A DNA stretch of 64,000 bases. Origin: Octopus vulgaris. Taxonomy: Eukaryota. Of the stretch, positions 62,987 through 64,000 are shown in pieces. The stretch lies in NCBI GenBank assembly GCA_951406725.2, contig OX597816.1, forward strand, positions 175,274,001 to 175,338,000, given 5' to 3'. The notes beneath the pieces were generated by a model that worked only from the letters and a program-made list of their open reading frames with translations, did no database searches and was not told where the DNA came from. Position numbers and translations under genes: made by a program. Within the stretch, counting starts at the first letter, position 1. Every line of letters begins with the position of its first letter.

Positions 62987-63978
62987 ATCATCATCATCAT
63001 CATCGTTTAACGTCCGCTTTCCATGCTAGCATGGGTTGGACGGTTCAACTGGGGTCTGGCAAGCCCGAAGGCTGCACCAGGCCAGTCAGATCTGGCAGTG
63101 TTTCTACAGCTGGATGCCCTTCCTAACGCCAACCACTCCGAGAGTGTAGTGGGTGATTTTATGTGCCACCGACACAGGTGCCAGATGAGGCTGGCAAAAA
63201 GGCCACACTCAGATGGTGTTTTTTATGTGCCACCAACACAGGTGCCAGACGAGGCTGGCAGACGGCCATGCTCGGATGGTGTTTTTATGTGCCACCGACA
63301 CAGGTGCCAGATGAGGCTGGCGAACGGCCACGATCGGATGGTGTTTGTTACGTGCCCACAGCACGGAGGCCAGTCGATGCGGTACTGGCTACGGCCATGT
63401 TCGGGTGGTTTTCTTATGTGCCACCGGCACTGGTACCACAAAGATACAAATTCCATTGATGTTCATCTATTTTGATTTGGTTTAAATATTATAGGTGACT
63501 CTGCAATTATACTTGGTATGGATACGGATTAATTTGGATTACTAAATATATATACACATTGAGTTAAATTATGAATTACTGCTCACACTCCACAGTCTTC
63601 AGTATCTTCTACCTGTCAGGATTATAGCTGATGCTATAAATCTGATCTGAAACATCTGAGGGAACCTCTGTAAGTCATCATCATCGTTTAATGTCCGTTT
63701 CCCATGCTAGCATGGGTTAGACGGTTCGACCGGGTCTGGGAAGCCAGGGGGCTGCGCCAGGCTCCAGTCAGATCTGGCAGTGTTTCTACAGCTGGATACC
63801 CTTCCCAACGCCAACCGCTCTGTGAGTGTAGTGGGTGCTTTTTAACGTGCTACCGGCACAGGGGCCAGGGAAGGCTGGCAAACGGCCACGATCGGTTGGT
63901 GCTTTTTACATGTCACCGACACAGACGCCAGTCAGGCGGCGCTGGCATCAGCCACGTTCGGATGGTGCTTTTTATGTG
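62987..63978 (-). mobile_element. Two RTE LINE 3' ends (62987-63480; 63676-63978)
   Basis: Shared (CAT)n tail and tandem UTR units. Confidence 0.85.
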
Positions 63979-64000
63979 CTTGCTTTGTAGCAATAGTAAT

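Noticed and set aside
59826-63475. Many overlapping 60-170 aa ORFs with repeated peptides (MPPTQVPDEAG, CHRHRCQ)
   Set aside because: They come from non-coding RTE 3' UTR tandem units that recur at many sites in both orientations.

Overview
AT-rich, repeat-dense animal genomic DNA. The SINE/LINE families and (TA/TG)n density suggest an Octopus-type cephalopod (inference). Two spliced protein-coding genes lie on the + strand: the terminal coding exon of mitochondrial rRNA methyltransferase MRM2/FtsJ2 (16828-17267; no upstream catalytic exon found in the window) and coding exons 1-13 of ATP-dependent 6-phosphofructokinase (36030-62793, continuing past the window). Nearly all other ORFs in the track come from microsatellites or repeats. 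The rest is nested mobile DNA: three tRNA-derived SINE families, RTE LINE 3' ends, CR1 and Hero/NeSL LINE fragments, hAT and piggyBac MITEs, two Helitrons and a decayed IS1595/Merlin-like transposon. Best leads: (1) a candidate non-circularly permuted hammerhead ribozyme in the 3' UTR of a Hero-like LINE, sense-oriented inside PFK intron 1; (2) two tRNA+SINE fusions that look like pre-tRNA/SINE chimeric retrocopies; (3) long near-perfect palindromes beside (TA)n tracts; (4) a Merlin-like element with an apparent TA target duplication and a 15-8-15 palindromic end; (5) an N-terminal PKA-site extension on PFK. Coordinates were counted by eye; repeat boundaries are approximate.
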